DNA from: Tubiluchus corallicola
Taxonomy: Eukaryota; Animalia; Priapulida
NCBI GenBank assembly: GCA_030141605.1
Contig: JAQGDQ010000699.1
Location: 46,264 to 110,263, forward strand
Reading direction: 5' to 3'
Length of the DNA stretch: 64,000 nt
The notes under the pieces are model-generated. The model was not told the DNA's origin, ran no database searches, and saw only the letters and a program-made list of their open reading frames with translations. A program made the translations under genes and the position numbers. This document shows positions 27,681 through 41,244 of this stretch, piece by piece (the stretch's first letter is position 1; the number at the start of each line of letters is the position of its first letter).

Positions 27681-27984
27681 CTGAAATAAAACAAAATGAA
27701 ATAATTACTATTCTTTGCATGTGTGTCCCACACAGTGCGTCTGTTATACGTTGTCAATTTACATCTAGAAAAAAAATTAATTGTAATGTATGTTCAAAAT
27801 TATTAAAGTGCAGAATTTAGTTTTATTTTTCGAATTTTCGGTTTACAAAGTTTCATCAGCTTAAGTAATTAACGATCAACAAATTATTTCCTAAAACATA
27901 AAACATTCGCTAACTAGTGAAGATCGAAACACTGAAATTTTCTCAAGCCTTTGTTCAAGAATAAATGTGCCATAATGACTATCA

Positions 27985-28150
27985 AAGCTATCGTAAGCCT
28001 ATCGTAATGATATCGTAAGCATATCGCAAGCTGTCGTAAGCTTATCGTAATCATATCGTAAGCATATCGCAAGCTATCGTAAGCTTATCGTAATCATATC
28101 GTAAGCATATCGCAAGCTATCGTAAGCTTATCGTAATCATATCGGAAGCA
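27985..28150. repeat. 10-bp period repeat with 40-bp higher order
   Basis: tatcgtaagc variants. Confidence 0.85.
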
Positions 28151-29479
28151 TTCTGCTTTAATGTATTCTTGAGTTGCTTTTCTGCGCCTTAATATATATT
28201 TTTGTTGCTTTACTGAATTAGCAGATTTTATAATAATATGAAGCTTGCGGTTTAAGTATCTTAAACTAGTTTAAACTTTAATCGCAAAACAGTTACAAAA
28301 TTGTGTTTTTTTTGTAAAAAGAAACATTGGTCTTTATTTTCGCTCAATATTGGATTTATTTAGCAAAATTGGAAATATTACAACATTCATAGCAGTGAAT
28401 TGGAGAAAGACTTGATAAAGTAAAATTAGTTACATGGATGCATGTATTGCTACAATCTGATCTTTTGCTACGCTATGATCTTTTGTTGTATTGCACAATA
28501 AGATTATCATTCAAGTATCGTATTTGAGATACTAACAATAAATAACATGTTACTAAAGTCGAAAATATGTTGATTTTTAACTACTAACATGATTTTATTA
28601 TACAATATGATAACTGTAAAGCATAAGTCTCTCACACGCTGCTGATAACACTACTAAGTTAGCTAAATCCAATAGTAATGTTTTATAAATAGAGGTGGCT
28701 GTTAGGTGACCATTATGGTCTTTCGTCACCCTGAATCAATGCAATTATAATGAACTGTGTGTAATTAAATAGTATATTATATGCATCTGGAATGAGACAA
28801 ATAAACTAAGTTGTTTCAGTTTATTGAAAGCTTACACACTTGAATAACACTCAATACGTAAGTTTTGGCATCGCTGGTGTCATTCCCTGGGAATGCATTG
28901 TATAAGCAATAAACACAATTAGTGCTGTTAGTAATAATAAAGAAAAAATTGACAACTCAAAAACTACAAAACATTATTCATGTTAACTTAATGTTAAGCT
29001 GCAATTTAACTGGACAACAACATTGTAATTAAACACAGGTAGTAAATAGACTAACATACCATCGAGATGCAATCAGACAACATCAGAAAGTGAAGTATAC
29101 ACAGATTTCAGTCAAAGGAAAGATGGATATTTAAATTTACTGCGCAAAACTCTTTATTTCCCCTAAACTCAATAATTCCAACCCTGTCCAAACCTTTGTT
29201 TTCTGCAATTCCTAAATTGATGTATACCAAGAAAGAATTGATGCAGACCTGTTTTTATTTCAACCAAATCTCTTTCTTTATTTTCCAATTCGAATAGATT
29301 CATCTGATTACCGACTTACTAGCATAACTAAAATGCAAACTGGTCTACCTACTTTACGTTTGCATTTGCTATTTAAAGATGCAACACCGTTGTTGTGACT
29401 ATTGACTTTGGTCAGTGTGTCGTGGTCATTGAACGTATACAAGTTTTGCAGTTATTGAACCAGTGGCTTCCAATGGCGT

Positions 29480-30160
29480 CTAGATGATCAGAACAACAGC
29501 ATCCAGAAAACCAGACAAGGAGCTCTTGGAAGATTAGACCAGTGTCTTCCTGAAGATCGGGCCAATGGCTTGAGAAAGTTCAAGTCTATGGCTTCAGGAA
29601 GCTCAGATCAATGGTTTGGGGAAGATTAAGTCTATGGCTTCAGAAAGGTCAGATCAATGGTTTGGGGAAGTTCAAGTCTATGGCTTCAGGAAGATCAGAT
29701 CAATGGCTTGGGGAAGATTAAGTCTATGGCTTCAGGAAGGTCACAGCAATAGCTTGGGGAAGTTCAAGGCTATGGCTGTAGGAAAGTCAGATTAATGGCT
29801 TGGGGAAGATTAAGTCTATGGCTTCAGGAAGGTCACAGCAATAGCTTGGGGAAGTTCAAGGCTATGGCTGTAGGAAAGCCAGATTAATGGCTTGGGGAAG
29901 ATTAAGTCTATGGTTTCAGGAAGGTCAGATCCATGGCTTGGGGAAGTTCAAGTCTATGGCCTCAGGAAGATCAGATCAATGGTTAGGGGAAGATTAAATC
30001 TATGGTTTCAGGAAGGTCAGATTAATAGCTTGGGGAAGTTCAAGGCTATGACTGCAGGAAAGTCAGATTAATGGCTTGGGGAAGTTCAAGTCTGTGGCTT
30101 CAGGAAGATCACACCAATAACTTCAGGAAGATCGGGGCAATAGCTTCAGAAAGATCAGAC
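29480..30160. repeat. 23-bp units alternating as ~46-bp dimers
   Basis: gaagttcaagtctatggcttcag / gaagatcagatcaatggcttggg. Confidence 0.88.
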
Positions 30161-30558
30161 CGATATTTCAATGGCAAATGAAGTAAAATGGGGAGTGTAT
30201 ATTTTTGAGGTAACTATATGGCCCTTGGCTGAGCATGGTAGTGTGACTTAATGTTGGTTAGTAAAACTGGAACAAATATAATAGTAAATGAAACTCAGTG
30301 TTGTAACATTGTTCCAGAAGAAAACAGATTACGGTAATTACGATTCAGATTTGGAGTACATATTTGTAACCTGATTAGATAAGATGTTTGCCACTTCCCT
30401 GCACACTATTTCCTTCTGCAGTGATAGCACACATTGGCTATACTCCACAATATCACCACCAGGTGGCAGCTCCCAGTAATGAACAATAGTCTGCAAGCAA
30501 CACAAACATTAAAAAAACAATGACAACACGTAGGATTCCACAGCAATCATTTACTCAC

Positions 30559-30718
30559 CGGCTGCTGCTGCTGCGAGTTTGAATTTTAAATTACTGCTTG
30601 CTGGAAAGTTAGGCGATTCTAGTTCACCTGCCCCTGTACCTATTAGTCGTGGAGTGATTGCCCTTGTCTCCTTTGCGGATTTCTTTTTCAGCACTAAACA
30701 AGTGCTGGCGGTAGGCAT
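30559..30718 (-). CDS. Probable first coding exon of C19orf81-like gene
   Basis: aaaATG at 30718 opens MPTASTCLVLKKKSAKETRAITPRL...KFKLAAAAA to G|gtgagt; phase 1 matches the next exon; 5' boundary uncertain (alternative acceptor at 30693). Confidence 0.5.
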
Positions 30719-32077
30719 TTTAGTAATTTATAAAAAAAACAATGAAAATCAGCCGAACCTTTGCACTGTTATACACCAACAAATATAGCAGAAACAATAT
30801 CCTCTCAATGCACACGAGACTCATTTACTCTCGGCAAGACTTAAAATAATAATGTATGTAGCTCACCTTCAGATGCTGATAAGGTAACATTTAAGAAGAT
30901 GCTTGATTAAAATTTAAAGGTTTCGTCGGTTGGCGCATAGCAACAAGGATGTTAAACTACGAAAGCACTTTAATACATGCCAGTCTTGTTTAGCTTAATT
31001 AGTGTAGATTAGCGGACCGAGGTTTGTTACACGTAAGAAAAGTACGTCATGTATAGAATATTTATTGTTACGGCCGATGAAATCTGTGAAGAACGAAAAC
31101 TTCTAAGAAAAAATAACAAATTGTTTGAGACTTAAAGGGCACTTTGACATCTTTGACGGTTATGATTGTGGCAAGTCACAGAAATGCACAATCTTATTTT
31201 CTTTTGACTTATGGTCTAAATAATATGTTTCATGCTGACCTCTTATTGACAATCTTATACTACAACAGAAGAATATTCTCACACGGGGACAGGCAACATT
31301 TGGGCGTAAGACATTTGAGGGCCATCGCCTTCGTAAGCTGCATGGCAACGTGACTCGACTATGCAAGAATAAAAGATTTCCGTGTTGCGTTCCAAACCCA
31401 CAATGTTGCCCTGTAGGGTGAAATTGTTTGAATCCTCGTTCACTGCCCTCTTACCTAAAAAGTTACAACTCTTGAAATGTTACTCTCGTGAGTACGATCG
31501 TGGAATTAAAGCTGGAAGCCACTACAAGTTACTTAGCATGTGTAAAAGCACTACTGCAAACGTGACATATGATTCACGCATTTCACAAGAGACAGACAAA
31601 AGAGTTACAATAATTGTTATCGTACAATCCTGATATTGTACTCATACATTAAGCACTTGCTCATTAATTGATCTGATCGTTTTCCATTTGGTAACCTGTA
31701 TAGACAACTAAAGAACTCATTCTGTGTTATCTCTTCTAACGTATACATTATACTATTATTACGTTATATTACAGTACGGCTAGCTGATTTGCTGCCCTGA
31801 CGCTTATGGTTTTTGTGCAACACCAAACGCTGTTGAAATAAAATGCTGAACAAAATTCGTAATGTTTTCTACTTCGTTGATGTCGATCGTTCCACAAGAA
31901 TGTTAATATTAAAAGTGAAACCAGAAATTGCAGAGTCAATTGACTGGCTTTAAATTTTTATATCACTGCATATGTTAAATATAGTAATGTGATTTTAGAG
32001 AATAACGTGATGTAGTGAATCATTAAAAGTTTAATAAACAAAAATAAAAAAACTAGGAACCACATTAAATTTTATTG

Positions 32078-32290
32078 GCGCCCAAATGTTTCGTACCCAA
32101 GTTCCGTGCCCAAGTGTCTCTGTGCCCAAAAATCCCATGTCCAAATGTCTCATGCACAAACGTCCCTTGCCCAAATATCCCATGCCCAAATGTCCCGTGC
32201 CAAATATCCCATGCACAAATGCCTCATGCCCAAACGTCCCGTGTCCAAATATCCCCTGCTCAAATGTCCCCGTGCCCAAATGGCATATAC
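32078..32290. repeat. ~15-bp degenerate repeat (likely transposon subterminal array)
   Basis: gtgcccaaatgtccc variants. Confidence 0.75.
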
Positions 32291-32789
32291 CCTTTCACAG
32301 AATATTCTTAGATAATATTCTCACAAGATGAGTGCACTTCTTTTTTAACTGGATATAAGAAGCATCAACTGAAAAAGTGTAACAAAATACATAAACGAAG
32401 TTAACGAAGCAAAATAAGATAATTAAATTTCGTGTAGCAGAAAGTTAGAAATTATACGTATTCTAATGACAAGTCAAGTTTAATGTTTCCTTGTTTTCAG
32501 TGTCAGTGAGTAAAAGACTAAAAGTCGATTTCTCTTTATGTCACATTTTATGAACTCATCACCTCATTAATCCATTATAGTTCTTTGTCACTTATTTTGA
32601 ATACCCCATATGTCTTATACCTTGAAAGTTCACACTTAGTATTTTCCTTTTCTTTAATTAATTAAAGCAAAGAGACAGAAATTGTCACATTTTTAGCCAG
32701 GCACATTTTAGAAATCTTTGGGCGTGCAACCAGCTAATTTTCACGTCAGTAGATATTCATTATTCAGTGTTCAGTCAACCATTTGCTAT

Positions 32790-33900
32790 ATGTTCATCAG
32801 AATTCATCAAACATTCAACTAACTAAGTATGACATTTTACAGATCATCAAATATTCAGTTAACTAGTTATGACTTTTTGTAAATCATCTGACATTCAGCT
32901 AACTAGTTATGACGTTTTGTAAATCATCAGACATTCAGCTAACTAGTTATGACTTTTTGTAAATCATTTGACATTCAGCTAACTAGTTATGACTTTTTGT
33001 AAATCATCTGACATTCAGCTAACTAGTTATGACTTTTTGTAAATCATCTGACATTCAGCTAACTAGTTATGACTTTTTGTAAATCATCTGACATTCAGCT
33101 AACTAGTTATGACTTTTTGTAAATCATCTGACATTCAGCTAACTAGTTATGACTTTTTGTAAATCATCTGACATTCAGCTAACTAGTTATCACTTTTTAC
33201 AGATCGTCAAATATTCAACTAACTAGTTATGACTTTTTACAGATCATCGGGCATTCAGCTAATTATTTATGACTTTTAATAAATCATCAGACATTCAGCT
33301 AACTAGTTATGGCTTTTTGTAAATCATCTGACATTCAGCTAACTAGTTATGACTTTTTGTAAATCATCTGACATTCAGCTAACTAGTTATGACTTTTTGT
33401 AAATCATCTGACATTCAGCTAACTAGTTTCACTTTTTACAGATCGTCAAATATTCAGCTAACTAGTTATGACTTTTTACAGATCATCGGGCATTCACTTA
33501 ACTAGTTATGACTTTTTGTAAATCATCTGACATTCAGCTAACTAGTTATGACTTTTTGTAAATCATCTGACATTCAGCTAACTAGTTATGACTTTTTGTA
33601 AATCATCTGACATTCAGCTAACTAGTTATGACTTTTTGTAAATCATGTGACATTCAGCTAACTAGTTATCACTTTTTACAGATCGTCAAATATTCAGCTA
33701 ACTAGTTATGACTTTTTACAGATCATCGGGCATTCAGCTAATTATTTATGACTTTTAATAAATCATCAGACATTCAGCTAAGTAGTTATGACTTTTTACA
33801 TACAATCAGCTAACTAGTTATGACTTTTTGTAAATCATCAGACATTCAGCTAACTAGTTATCATATTTTATAAATGTACAGACGTTCAGTTAACTAGTTA
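32790..33900. repeat. Minisatellite, 40-bp unit, ~27 copies, 240-bp higher-order repeat
   Basis: gactttttgtaaatcatctgacattcagctaactagttat. Confidence 0.95.
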
Positions 33901-34369
33901 TTACATTCTGCAAAACAGGAGGAAAACATTAAATCCTTAAAAAATCAAATTTCATTATAAGTCAGAAAAATTTAACAATTACAATGATCAATGTTTCAGT
34001 TAACCTTGATTAATATATGGAATTATCGTATCAGCAGTGCTTGATTTCATTCCACTGTATTTAACGCGGATCTAAATAATGAGATGAGGCTCTACAGGAT
34101 TTCATTAAACAGAAAATCTGGCTTTAACATCTAATTAATTACATAACAATTTTGTTTTCAGTCATCTCTCTATCATAGTTGATCGCTCACAAATCCCTCC
34201 TTACTAGCCCTTTTAAACCATGCTTAACTTGTTCAATTCCGATTCACTGTTTTGTGCTCCTTATAATCTTCATTTTTTTACTGTCAAATCACTCTAACGA
34301 GCTTGGCTTTCAGAGTGATTTACGACACAATGGCAGGTTGTGAACAAGATTTAAAACCACAGTTATCTC

Positions 34370-35685
34370 CAGGGCACTTTATTTATGACTTTTCTTGCAA
34401 AATAGTCATAAATAGTCATAAATAAGATTTCAAATTTGTCATAAATAACGAAAGAAAAATAATCATTTCCCGATGAATGGAACAAAAAATTCAGTACAGA
34501 AAACTGTTTCCACCGTCTCTCTCTCTCTCTCTCTCCCACACACACAGGCAGTCCATAAGAAGCTTGCGCGTGACTGTTTGGTGGACTAACACAGTAACTG
34601 AGACTGTCTAACTGATGCGTTTATCTGTCATTAACTCGTCTAGAAGCAACCTAAATAATAAAAAGTAAATGAGCGCGTTACCGCGAAAAAATAAATAGGC
34701 ACCGACAGAATCGTTGTCGTTCCATCGAAAATTTGAATTAAAGACAGCTTACCTATTTTAATGTCCTAAAGTTCTGCCGCCTCAAACCTACGCTCTGCAC
34801 AATAACAGAAATCTACACTTCTAATTCTTTTCTTTGCACGTTCATTTCAGTGCCTTTCTCATCCTAGCGGCGTTAGGGGTGAGCATTCTCTACCAGAAAG
34901 CGAATTCGAATCGAACCGAATTTGTGACTTTCGAATTCGAATCGAACCGAACTTCGATGCTTACCCCTAAGCGGCGTAAGTCAATGGCTTGGGTGTAGGT
35001 TTTAGCTCGAGTTTGCCGCAAGCGTTTCCCGTGCCTTACTGCCTCATCCTCAAGAAATAAGAATAATGCCGTCTGCTAGAATTTGAGCATATTTTATCTT
35101 TGGGAGAATTTGTTGCTTCATTGTCATTAAAATTTAACTGTTTTTCTTGTTTAGTTATTTTGCTTAATGTAATTTTAATTAGAAAACATACGTGACGGTT
35201 CCCTAGAAAGATGTAATAGCCAATAGTATTTTCCAACATTAAATTTAAAATCGATATTTAAAAAAATACATTATTTACTTGTACTAATTGTGGCTACGAA
35301 TTGTGACTGTACGAATTAATTAATAGATTGATTTTTATGAGCAGTAATTTTATAGGTCATCCTAAACAAATTAAAACCGATACTATAATTATTATAAACA
35401 CGATCACGGATTTCAGTCTGGAGGGATGCCTGCATGCAAAACAATACGAGAAACTTCAGGCCTTGGAATGATGAAAGTAGACATTTTTATTACATTTTAA
35501 TGTAATGAAGAACGAAGAAAGGCAAAATACAAGATTCTGATTAAGAATATGTATTTCTTTTAGCTCAGGATGGCATTTTTGGTCAAAATTTGACACGTCA
35601 TAAATAGTCATAAATAAAATCTGAAATTAGTATTAAATAAGCTATTTATGCAATCTATGACTAAAGTCATAAATAAAGTGCCCTG
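34370..35685. mobile_element. Non-autonomous hAT element
   Basis: TIR CAGGGCACTTTATTTATGACTTT / AAAGTCATAAATAAAGTGCCCTG; perfect 8-bp TSD GTTATCTC; subterminal gtcataaata repeats. Confidence 0.9.
34874..34969. mobile_element. 96-bp hAT MITE nested in the larger hAT element
   Basis: TIR TAGGGGTGAGCAT / ATGCTTACCCCTA; 8-bp TSD AGCGGCGT; internal repeat cgaattcgaatcgaaccgaa x2. Confidence 0.88.
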
Positions 35686-38652
35686 GTTATCTCCCTCAGA
35701 CCCTCACCATTTAAAATAAGACCTGTGAATTTTCTTCTAATGTATGGGCACAGACATATCTAAATGATTGCAAATTAGGTACCGTTCGATTCAGCAGAAT
35801 ATCAGCTAGACAAGATGGTGCTTGTTTAGATTTATAAGTGGTTTATTTGGATAAAATTTTAAAAAACGCCCACTTCAGGCAGTCTAACTTAGCCTATTAA
35901 GTAGCTTAGTCTGGCGTACACTTGCGTGATCGTACAAATTTTATAGATCACTTGCTTAGCTCGAACTGTGCATAGTTCTGCTGTTGTTCCAGAAAAAACC
36001 AACCGATCAGCCAAGGACAAATTAAAGTCGTTTCATATTTTAACAGTGTATCAGAGTATTGTGTCTGAATAGTTGAAATTTTTGAGTTAGCCGGTTTCAC
36101 ACAAGTGATGCTGTACGTTGTTGCAGTGCAAATACTGCAGTTACTGAAAGTATTTTTTAAATTTTTTCATCAAAAATTCATTTTTAATTTGTCTAAGGTA
36201 GTCAAATGCATTTCATATATAATTTTGCTCGAAAATCAATTGTGTGACAAGTAGAAACCTACAGAATTTCATTTTATTCAAATAATTATAAGGTAACGCT
36301 GCTTTGTGACAGCAGTCTTTCTCATGAACACGTGCAAATGCAGCAAACACTTACGGTTCTAGAGAAGTTAAGTATTGTAGACAAATAGTTTAAAATTTTC
36401 AATGTCTGACAACAGTCTTGTTCAGATGTATATTTGTTATGATGCAGTGATGTTTAATGTATTGTGTGGAAGTGAACTTGAACTTGCCAAATTTTGAAGG
36501 CACCAGATTTTAGGGGCCAACCCGTTAACAAATTCTTTTTTCCACGGAGAATGCGTATATTAATTTATAACACGCCTCAAGCAGTTATTGAATCTGCTTC
36601 AATAAAAGTGCCATAATAACAAATAAGATTAATTATTACATAAAGGGTAAATGTACTGCATCACACAGTTAAAACAATAGTAGTTGCACAACATTCAATG
36701 ATATTCTTTAAACTGTGACGCACGTAACGCAGTCTGCTTTAATATAAGCCTATGCAAATAATAAAAATGGCAGAGCAGTGTCTAGTTTTTTGCTTGTTAC
36801 TTCTCTTTTTACCTGTCTTGAGGGCAGATTTCTTTTATTTTGGAGTTCTGCCTGCCCAATGTCTACAATAGACGTAATGGGCATATCAAGATTATGATGA
36901 CGATGATGATGATAACGATGATGATGATGATGTTGATGATGATGATGATAATGATGATATTATGCAAATAAATGTAATTCACAATAACCACGTACGGATT
37001 GGGTACGTTTCTCTTTTAAACAACCATAATAAAAACGAGCAGAACTGAACTACGTATCAGCCTAGGTCGTCGAACGATACGCCTTTGTGTACCAATGTGA
37101 GAAACCAAGCAATTGTCATATTTTAAACATGTCATATTGGACGTGTAGCAATCAATGCATTCTTTCTTCAAAGCCCCGAGCCCTTTCAGTGTTACTTAAA
37201 AAAATTCAGATAAGCTGAGAACAGCAGTTTATTTTTTGAGTCAACGTACGATAAGTGAGTTACAGTGTTGTAGCAAAGTGGTGAAAAAAGTAATATAATT
37301 ATGAAATACATAATAAAATTATGAAATACATAATACAATTATGAAATACAAACCGAATTTTCCGACGGCTTTGTGTAAGATTTTATTGTTATTCAATAAA
37401 CCTGCATTTTCCTCGTTGATTGCTATGCAAGTTATCTTTGCTGCTCCTTCAGCTTTTTGCTTTGATAAACCAAGCACTAAGCATTCACTCACGGTAGGCA
37501 TCTTGAATATAATGAGCTTAATTATTTTCAGCTTTTACTTCAACTTTTACTCATAAATAAGTCAGTTTGGAGCGTCTAATTAAAGTTTAACTAACGAACA
37601 TTTACTTCCTTAATTAAGGTCATGAACGTGTCGTAAATAAAGGCACTTTAATAAAAAAACTTTACGAACAGCTAATAAATAATTACTTTTTTAAATTGCA
37701 GCATCACTATAGCGAATGTCAAGTGCTAAAGGTATAGATGTATAGTTTATAACAAACATTATGTTTTATGCGCACAAAAAGTGTTTTGTGTATAAGCAAC
37801 AAAGAGGTCAAACTCTATAAAGTTTATGTTTAGATATTTAAATATTTATTGGTGTCAAAAATACATACAATTCCAGAAAAAACAAGACATATTTACAATT
37901 CCGATTTTGAAATGTACAAGAAAAAGCAAAACATACATAAAATTTCAACTTTGAAATATTGAAATATTGAAGCATTTGAAATTTTGAAATATTGTTATTT
38001 TGAAAAAGTTTATAAAGTTTATTGTCATATAAAATATTCAAAAGTAGAGCAAAATTATTATTATTTACAACCACAAGAAAAATGAGATATAGCATGGGAT
38101 GCAAAAAAACGTTAAAAAATTCGAGTCTGTAGCTTAGATATTTTTATGACATGGAAACGTTGAAGTCGACTGACTTGTTCACTTGTTTATGTTTCGATGA
38201 ATCCACCTTTTGTTAGTTGACCAATAAAATGAGTAAAGTGCGTCCTATTAAAAAGTCATATACAAGTACTGATATAAAAACAAAAGCAAAAACAAAATGA
38301 TTAATATAAAAAATGCGAAAATTACAATACAATATTATGCTCAATCTAAAATCACAGTTTAATATAAATTAAGTAAAAACATTTTCATTTTGGCTTTCAG
38401 ATGTTGCACATTTCTAACATTTTTATTCCATAATGGAATATTGTTCCATAAGCCGTTATATTTAAGAAAAGGTTTCAAAACATTTTTTTACATTTGGGAG
38501 TATGGAAGCTGTTTGTCTGTCTAGTTTTAATACAGATGAATATCTTTATTATAAAAAAATTGTTAAAAATATTTGTTAATAAATTGTTCCAGAATTTGTA
38601 CAAAACAGGCATTTTTATAATTAATTAATGTCAATGATTTAAAGAAAAAACG

Positions 38653-38765
<113 letters not shown>

Positions 38766-39722
38766 CTTATATGCTTTTGATTATCGATTTTTTATTAGCA
38801 ACTAAAAATTGTTATATATACGTGCGGTTAATGATGCGAAAAAACAGGTTTCCTATGTACACACTGATATATATTGGTGTAATTGTTTAATGAATAGGCA
38901 TGGAATAAAGTCCAAGGCAGGAAATAACTCGCTGGGAAAAACCTGACGGCCGTGATAGTCAAAGAGGCAAAGCTATCTCTAAGCTTAATTTGTTTTAGCT
39001 GCACTTAAAGGGAAGTTGGTTTTTTCTCACGTATAGAAGCCAGATTTCCTCATGTAATAAAGACACTAAGTGTGTCGGGAGTTGTTAATTTCGTGACGTT
39101 GACTTACACTATTATGTTTTATTTACAGGTCATGTTGTGAAGCTATTATGTTGTTATGTTATGTCGTTACATATAAAGTGATAATGTAAATAAGTACATC
39201 TTGATGTTTATTTCTTTCATTTACCAAATATACACAGGTGACGCGGCAATGGACATTAAACAATAAAAATCCCTTCGAGAACAAACTTAGATAAAACATT
39301 TAGTTTGATACATCGATTCTCCAACTTTTTCTGAGCTAAACACGAAATAAGTGAAATCTAGGAACCAAAACAAATTCCCCGTTCTCGACCTGATGCCAGA
39401 TTTTATTCTCGACACCATGTAATAATCGGAACAGTTTAGTGGGAGATTTAAAATGAAAACAAACAAAAATCCTTTAAACACGAGTACGTCATGCGCACAA
39501 AATTGCCAAAAAGATATATATTACAGGCGATTTTTCTGAAACTTACTTCGGGTACCCCCTTTCTTGTCCTTTAACTATAGGTCTTTTGTTACACGTATTA
39601 CTAAGTTTATTCACCACTCAGTTATGGTAATGACCAAAGTGTTTTAAGCAAATCTTGTAACGAGAATCTTGCTAAACGAATAGGTTAACGACACGCAAAG
39701 AGCGGATTACGGGTTTTACGGG

Positions 39723-39753
39723 CCAATTGCTTCTCGGTTTCCAGGGTATAAAT
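39723..39753 (+). promoter_or_regulatory. CCAAT and TATA box of pentraxin-domain gene
   Basis: CCAAT at 39723 and TATAAAT at 39747, about 80 nt upstream of ATG 39830. Confidence 0.5.
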
Positions 39754-39829
39754 GCTGTAGGAACACAGTAGTTTTTGTACTCGTCAGCAACACATCATAG
39801 TAAGAGTTGTTTCTCTCAGTCAGAAAATC

Positions 39830-39856
39830 ATGGCATCAGGAATGATTGACAAACTG
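39830..39856 (+). CDS. Secreted pentraxin-domain protein, exon 1
   Basis: aaatcATGG context; MASGMIDKL|gtaagt. Confidence 0.75.
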
Positions 39857-40145
39857 GTAAGTCCGTTGCAGATCGGAGAATTGATTACTTGACTATTTTA
39901 ACGTTACACTAACGTAATTTAAGAATTAATGATTATTGGCTACGTTCAGATGATAAAAATTGCAGTTGTGTTTGGAATTGTTTTAATTTTTAATTGTTGT
40001 AGTAATGCTTTTCTTTATCTTCAAATGACTTTAGTAAAAATAAAAGACGAGTTGATTCTTCTGCTTTGTTTTTATACTTGGTTGCCGTGCAGGCAAATGA
40101 GGAGCCAAAGCACTTTGCTGGAAAGAATTAATTTTTACTTTACAG

Positions 40146-40206
40146 ATTCTTATTGCTGGGATTGCTGTTGTTATGGATCTTGGTGTACAAGCTGGTATAG
40201 AAGATG
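40146..40206 (+). CDS. Pentraxin-domain protein, exon 2 (signal peptide)
   Basis: ttacag|ATT...G|gtaagt; ILIAGIAVVMDLGVQA-GIED hydrophobic core with VQA cleavage site. Confidence 0.78.
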
Positions 40207-40548
40207 GTAAGTATGTTGAAGTAGTGATGATGATTATGATGGCGACGACGACGACAAGGACGATGGTAATGATGATGATGATAATGATTTATGATATAAA
40301 TCAATCTGCATAAAAAGAAATTTATAGAATGTGAATAATAATAATTTATTTAATAATAGATAAAACAAATGCACAAAAAGAAACTGTAAAATTAAGGTAA
40401 GCAAACCTTTCTCTGCATAAAATTAGCGCGTGAAAAATATTTTACCTGCAGTAAGCAGAGATTAATTAATGTAACAATAGCCATGGAACCAAGTCTTAGG
40501 TGTGAAGAAAGCAAAACTGTATGTGATACAATTGAATTGAGGTACTAA

Positions 40549-40869
40549 AGCCCCGTTTAGACTGTTGGAGCTTGATTGAGTGACACTCAAAGTTTGATTA
40601 TTGCATTTCACAAGAGAGTGTAATATTTGTTACGTCACGCAATGTTTTGTATTTAGACGATCGTGTTTTAATGATCGAAAACAAAACTGTGCAACAAAGT
40701 AGTGGTCACGTGCAAAAAATAGCGACTTCTAATTGGATGCATATCCTCGGGTAATTAAATATGTTACTCACGTAAAAGTTCAATTTAAATGCAAATATGT
40801 CTAGTCTGCGTGTCAGTCACTCAATTTCAGGGCAAATCATTGGTCTAAACCGATAGTCTGAACGGGTCA
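40549..40869. mobile_element. PIF/Harbinger-like MITE
   Basis: Imperfect TIR agccccgtttagactgttgg / ccgatagtctgaacgggtca, flanked by TAA. Confidence 0.65.
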
Positions 40870-41178
40870 TAACTCTAAGTGCAAGCAATACAGGCAACTC
40901 GTATCAACATCATTAGTAAATCATATGAGGGCTTTGCCAATGAAAAGGGAGCGAATAAGTTGTATGAACGACCTAGGAGGTTGTACGAACGAATTCATCT
41001 GTTACGAAAGATATACGTGTTGAAGGAACAGTAAAAATTTTCTTCTCATTCGACATTTTCCAATCAATGCATATTTTAGAAAAACTACAGATGTTTTAGG
41101 TGAACACGAAAAATGTGAATCTGCTGTCCACATTTATTAACCAATATATGTATGTTAATTCCGATTATTTTTACTTAG

Positions 41179-41244
41179 AGTTTTACAATCAGGAACTTGA
41201 TTCTTTTAAGAGGATTGTGTACCGTGGAAGAAAAGACATTCAAG
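41179..41244 (+). CDS. Pentraxin-domain protein, exon 3 (pro-region-like)
   Basis: acttag|AG...CAAG|gtaacg; EFYNQELDSFKRIVYRGRKDIQG; phase 1-1. Confidence 0.65.

Noticed and set aside
32031-32331. Cys/Pro-rich ORFs in several frames
   Set aside because: Product of a 15-bp repeat; no splice or coding evidence.
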